Part shown: one piece after another, positions 60,068 to 64,000 of the stretch
Layout: every line of letters begins with the position of its first letter
How positions within the stretch are numbered: the first letter of the stretch is position 1
Source: Candidatus Poribacteria bacterium
GTDB lineage: Bacteria; Poribacteria; WGA-4E; PCPOR2b
Direction: 5' to 3'
Length of the DNA stretch: 64,000 nucleotides
NCBI GenBank assembly: GCA_965218095.1
Contig: OZ244587.1
Coordinates: 2,976,001-3,040,000 of the forward strand
The notes under the pieces: model-generated
Database searches by the model: none
What the model was told of the DNA's origin: nothing
Seen by the model: only the letters and a program-made list of their open reading frames with translations
Position numbers and translations under genes: made by a program

Positions 60068-62905
60068 ATGCGATCAGCAGAGATTTTCGTCTTATGCACT
60101 CTCATCTTCTTGATTACCCAGCCGGTTATAGCTCAGGATATCAATGAAACCAAAAATGGCTGGTATGTCAGGCTGACAAACCCATTGGACAGTGACGCCA
60201 GCATTGCTGTGCGCGTCTGGGTCAACCGAAACGGCGTCGCTCCCAAAATGACGCCGCAGTGGGTCGGTTTGGGGGTAATTGAACCGGGCAAAGATGACCA
60301 TGACCGCACCAATTCCCTTGAACTGAGCGAGTACATCCCCACAGGTAAGTCCAGCGATTGGCTGAATCTGACACAGTACATTCAATCGAGGCCAGGACAC
60401 CAGCATTACCGTGCCGCTGCCTTTTTTGCCGTTATGAGCAATCCCGACCAGAAGGATCGGTTAGACTTGGTTGCTGAAGTCGCCAACCGGTCGGGCGGAC
60501 CGGTGGTAAGATCATTCGAGGTGCATCAACAACACGCCCCCCTTATAGGGTGGAACTCCTGGATGCAGGACGGTCCGTATCTCCCCACCCTTGCTATCCT
60601 CTTCCCCATGGATACGTCCGACGCTGAGGGTCTGCAAACAGTGGGCGATTTTGTGCAGGAACAATATAACTATGTCCGCCATCTGCCGAAGCTAGGGAAG
60701 CGTCCCCAGAGGATTGCTTTTTCCTGCGAGTCGTTTATCGGTTTCGCTGGTATGGGCCCCAATCGATTTAATCCGAAGATTAACCCTTTAAGAAGCAACT
60801 GCCAAATGTGGGATAACTTGTTCAACACCTACTATGAGCTGGGGTACAACACACTTCTGGGCATAGCCCAGGAGCCAGGCGATGTAGATATACTCTTCCA
60901 GAAAGGTGTGCAACGGCGCCAGGTTGTCCGCTGGGGTCACGATGACCCGCCCCTTTACAGCAACAAGGCAAGAGAACTGGGCCTATGGGATTATATTAAG
61001 TGGATGTCCGCTGGTGATGAGATAGAGTTAGATTTGACCGGCCTGGCTTTTAGCGAAATCAGGCGTTACGCTTTGAAGGAGGATTTGGACGAAAAGCCTG
61101 CTCTCAGGATAGATCGATTAGAAAAAATGGATCGCTCTGAACGAATAGTCATTTTTGATCAACTGGCGGTTCAGACAAAAAAGGAGTGGGACCGGAGATT
61201 TGTCGCTCACCTGAAAGGAAAGGGTTTCAAACCGGATGAGTTTATTCGGGCTGAGGACGAAGCCAGTACCCGGGGGCTATCCGAAGATCAAAAATGGAGT
61301 CTAGTCAAACTAGCTCCCGACTACGACCCCCTCGCCCGCGAAGTGCGCTTTCCCCGAAACCGGCCGAAGCTGCTTTATGAAGGAGGTGCTTTCTGCTACT
61401 ATCTATGGGCAGAGTTTTACCGTAACTTAATGGAATACACGCTGAAATTCTATCCACCCGGCACCTGTATACCAGCCAACTTCACACCGGGTTGCCAGGT
61501 CGATGCGCGAATGTGGGTTGACTTCTTCCGCTGGGGTGGACTGAACACGGCCTGGTCAGAAGACTGGTGGTGGCAGATGAATTATCCTGGTCCCCAGAGT
61601 GTGGGCTACCAGCTTTCCGCCCTGCGCCTGGCATCCACTTACACTGGCAATCCCTTCCAGTTTTATTGTATTCCCTATGAGCAGCCGGATAGCTTCGAGC
61701 GAATGATGGCCTACGCGCTTGCTCACGGAACCAAATCGATACCCAACTGGGTGGTGGTTAACACCTGCTTTTCGGGTTACGGCGGTAACAGCCTGGATAT
61801 GAAGGGGCGCGGCCGTGAGACACTGCGTGCCGTGCATAACATCACCCAAGCTGTGGGCAAGATGGACGAAAGGATGTTTGAGGCTTATCCTGTTCCGGCC
61901 GAGGTGGCTTTGTTAATTAACCGGGCGACGAACACCTGGGATTGCGACGGCGCCGGACGTGTATATGGTATGAAAAACACACTGAACTATTTTGAGAACA
62001 AGGCTATCTATATGGCGTTGCGACACGCCCATATCTGGGTAGACCTGATTAGTGACGCCGAGGTACACGCTGGCCGCCTGGATAATTACAAGGTGCTCTA
62101 CATCGGTGGTTCATACATGGAAAGGCAAACTGCCAGGGCGATCAAGGACTGGGTAGAGCATGGCGGCGTTCTGGTGGCTGATGCCGGTACAGCGATAAAA
62201 GATGAATACGCCGAACCATTAGACGAGTTAGATGTTGTATTTGGGATAACCAACCGCTCTCACAGTGACACCAATATCAATACTTCCCCCACCAAGCTCC
62301 AAGCAGAACCTCGGTTATCCACCATATCTTACAAGGGCCATTCTATTCCGGTTTTGATCGGACTGGAAATCTTTGAGCCCACGACGGCTGGGGTGTTGGG
62401 GACATTTGCCGATGGCAGCCCGGCTCTGGTTTGGAATTATTACGGACGAGGCAAAGCTGTGCATTGGGGCTCCTACCTGGGTCTGGCCTACCTGGCGCCC
62501 GCGATGATCGCCAAGGGTTATAGCGATCCGTGGGACTATCCCACGGAATTTCCTGAATACTTGCGTAAGCTTATGGTTTGGCCTGCATTAATACTGGCAG
62601 GGATAGAACCTCCTGTGACGACCTCCCATCCGTTAGTAGAACCGATACTCATGGAGGAGAGCGCGGGCAAAATTATCGCCTTGATCAATTTCAGCAACAG
62701 TGATCAGACAGTTACCGTGTGCATGCCCAGAATGTTTACCGGTGAAAAAATTAAGGACGCTGACGAAGGGGCGATTGTCGAAAGTGTCTTCAGTGGCCCG
62801 CTCAAGGTGAAGCTAAATACCATGCTTCCTGTAGAAGAAATCAAGCAATATAGGGGGCGGATAAGGGTACCTATTAAAACCTTTGAATTCCTGGAGATAG
62901 ATTGA
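60068..62905 (+). CDS. Secreted protein with GH42-like TIM barrel and beta-galactosidase trimerisation domain
   Basis: Signal peptide; GDE, WSEDW, AEVALL, YMALRHAHIWVDLI, YKVLY, DWVEHGGVLV, YGRGKA. Confidence 0.7.
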   Translation: MRSAEIFVLCTLIFLITQPVIAQDINETKNGWYVRLTNPLDSDASIAVRVWVNRNGVAPKMTPQWVGLGVIEPGKDDHDRTNSLELSEYIPTGKSSDWLNLTQYIQSRPGHQHYRAAAFFAVMSNPDQKDRLDLVAEVANRSGGPVVRSFEVHQQHAPLIGWNSWMQDGPYLPTLAILFPMDTSDAEGLQTVGDFVQEQYNYVRHLPKLGKRPQRIAFSCESFIGFAGMGPNRFNPKINPLRSNCQMWDNLFNTYYELGYNTLLGIAQEPGDVDILFQKGVQRRQVVRWGHDDPPLYSNKARELGLWDYIKWMSAGDEIELDLTGLAFSEIRRYALKEDLDEKPALRIDRLEKMDRSERIVIFDQLAVQTKKEWDRRFVAHLKGKGFKPDEFIRAEDEASTRGLSEDQKWSLVKLAPDYDPLAREVRFPRNRPKLLYEGGAFCYYLWAEFYRNLMEYTLKFYPPGTCIPANFTPGCQVDARMWVDFFRWGGLNTAWSEDWWWQMNYPGPQSVGYQLSALRLASTYTGNPFQFYCIPYEQPDSFERMMAYALAHGTKSIPNWVVVNTCFSGYGGNSLDMKGRGRETLRAVHNITQAVGKMDERMFEAYPVPAEVALLINRATNTWDCDGAGRVYGMKNTLNYFENKAIYMALRHAHIWVDLISDAEVHAGRLDNYKVLYIGGSYMERQTARAIKDWVEHGGVLVADAGTAIKDEYAEPLDELDVVFGITNRSHSDTNINTSPTKLQAEPRLSTISYKGHSIPVLIGLEIFEPTTAGVLGTFADGSPALVWNYYGRGKAVHWGSYLGLAYLAPAMIAKGYSDPWDYPTEFPEYLRKLMVWPALILAGIEPPVTTSHPLVEPILMEESAGKIIALINFSNSDQTVTVCMPRMFTGEKIKDADEGAIVESVFSGPLKVKLNTMLPVEEIKQYRGRIRVPIKTFEFLEID

Positions 62906-63006
62906 CCGGCTGAGCCTCAATGTCCATTGATTTGCAGGAGCTCTGCTGGAAGCTCTAATTGAATCACAAAGTGTATGACAAAAAAGACAAAATATATCAT
63001 AATCTC

Positions 63007-63016
63007 GTAACGTTAC
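63007..63016. promoter_or_regulatory. LacI-family-like operator palindrome
   Basis: GTAACGTTAC just downstream of CATAAT, upstream of the NHL gene. Confidence 0.45.
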
Positions 63017-63063
63017 AATTTCTGAATGCCACAAACTCAGTAACTTTAGAACGGAGATAAAGC

Positions 63064-64000
63064 ATGACAACAAGACTTGGCGGCGAAGACTACATTTACG
63101 AGGAATTGGCGGATTGGGCCCAGTTACCCGAAGGTTGGACAATTCAAGAGGTCGCTGATGTCGTGGTCGATTCACAAGATCGCGTCTATATCTTCAATCG
63201 AAGCGAACATCCCATGATAGTTTTTGAGCGCGATGGCAGCTTTGTCACCTCGTGGGGGGAAGACCTGTTTACTCGCCCACACGGGCTCACGTTGGGACCC
63301 GATGGGATGCTCTATTGCGTAGACGATGGCGATCACTCGATTCGGAAATGCACCACCGATGGCGAACTATTAATGACCATCGGTACACCCGGCCAACCTG
63401 CGCCGCTTCACAGCGGTCAACCCTTTAACCGGCCAACCAAGGTGGGCTTCGACCCAAAAACAGGCGATCTCTACATATCCGATGGGTATGGCAACGCCAA
63501 AGTGCATAAATTCTCCGGTGATGGACGGCGGCTTTTCTCCTGGGGAGCGTATGGCACAGATCCCGGTCAGTTCAACCTAGTGCACAGCGTCTGTACCGAT
63601 AGCGCGGGAAAGGTGTACATCGCGGATCGAGAGAACCACCGGATACAAATATTCGACGACCAGGGGGCCTATCTTAGCCAATGGAACAATCTGCATCGTC
63701 CCTGCGGACTGCACATTGAAGGTGGTTTGGTCTACATCGCCCAATCAGCCGCCTCCTTAACGGTAAACATTGACTACCCCAACCTTGGTGCCTGCGTCAG
63801 CATTCATGATCTCGCAGGTCGCCGTTTGGCGAAATTGGGCGATGTGCACCCCGGAGAAGGACCGGGACAGTTTCTCGCGCCCCATGGACTCGTGATTGAT
63901 TCGCACGGAGACATCTACCTTGGCGAGACCTCCTGGAGCTCCTATGGTCAAACGCTTTCTCCACCGAGAATAGTTCGCAGTTTTCGCAAGTTAGTCAAGG
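63064..64000 (+). CDS. NHL-repeat protein, peptidyl-alpha-hydroxyglycine alpha-amidating lyase family (runs off window)
   Basis: Absent from the ORF track (no stop in window). MTTRLGGEDYIYE..W..LPEGW, VDSQDRVYIFNR, PHG, FNRPT, SDGYGN, ADRENHRIQIF. Confidence 0.9.
   Translation, partial: MTTRLGGEDYIYEELADWAQLPEGWTIQEVADVVVDSQDRVYIFNRSEHPMIVFERDGSFVTSWGEDLFTRPHGLTLGPDGMLYCVDDGDHSIRKCTTDGELLMTIGTPGQPAPLHSGQPFNRPTKVGFDPKTGDLYISDGYGNAKVHKFSGDGRRLFSWGAYGTDPGQFNLVHSVCTDSAGKVYIADRENHRIQIFDDQGAYLSQWNNLHRPCGLHIEGGLVYIAQSAASLTVNIDYPNLGACVSIHDLAGRRLAKLGDVHPGEGPGQFLAPHGLVIDSHGDIYLGETSWSSYGQTLSPPRIVRSFRKLVK

Noticed and set aside
1-64000. CRISPR array, tRNA or rRNA genes
   Set aside because: No regularly spaced direct repeats with unique spacers, and no cloverleaf or rRNA signatures noticed by eye.

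Overview
64-kb bacterial chromosomal segment of moderate GC. Gene content (several Gfo/Idh/MocA oxidoreductases, PhyH dioxygenase, DUF6785-like membrane protein, DUF4159-like lipoprotein, TPR proteins, GH-like enzymes) resembles Poribacteria-like sponge symbionts; this is inference, not a taxonomic call. Housekeeping or metabolic genes: pcrA/uvrD (5' truncated), gatC, gatA, an S41 protease, hisF, glcB, a cold-shock gene, phosphonoacetate hydrolase, a ThDP enzyme, an OYE-type flavoprotein and an Asp/Glu/hydantoin racemase. Accessory content: a type IIG restriction-modification gene, an intact IS5-family element, an inactivated IS605-group tnpB element, an IS701 pseudo-element, many gene stubs, nested REP/MITE repeats, and a decaying sugar ABC transporter/GH locus. 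I found no rRNA, tRNA or CRISPR array. Best leads: (1) tandem NrdR-like boxes 31 bp apart upstream of an orphan gene; (2) a 25-27 bp palindromic micro-element found three times, once in frame inside an intact enzyme gene; (3) an ECF sigma factor paired with a soluble two-FHA protein; (4) a pseudoknotted, RBS-sequestering 5' leader on tnpB, whose element splits a host -35 box. All family calls come from reading motifs by eye; no searches were run.
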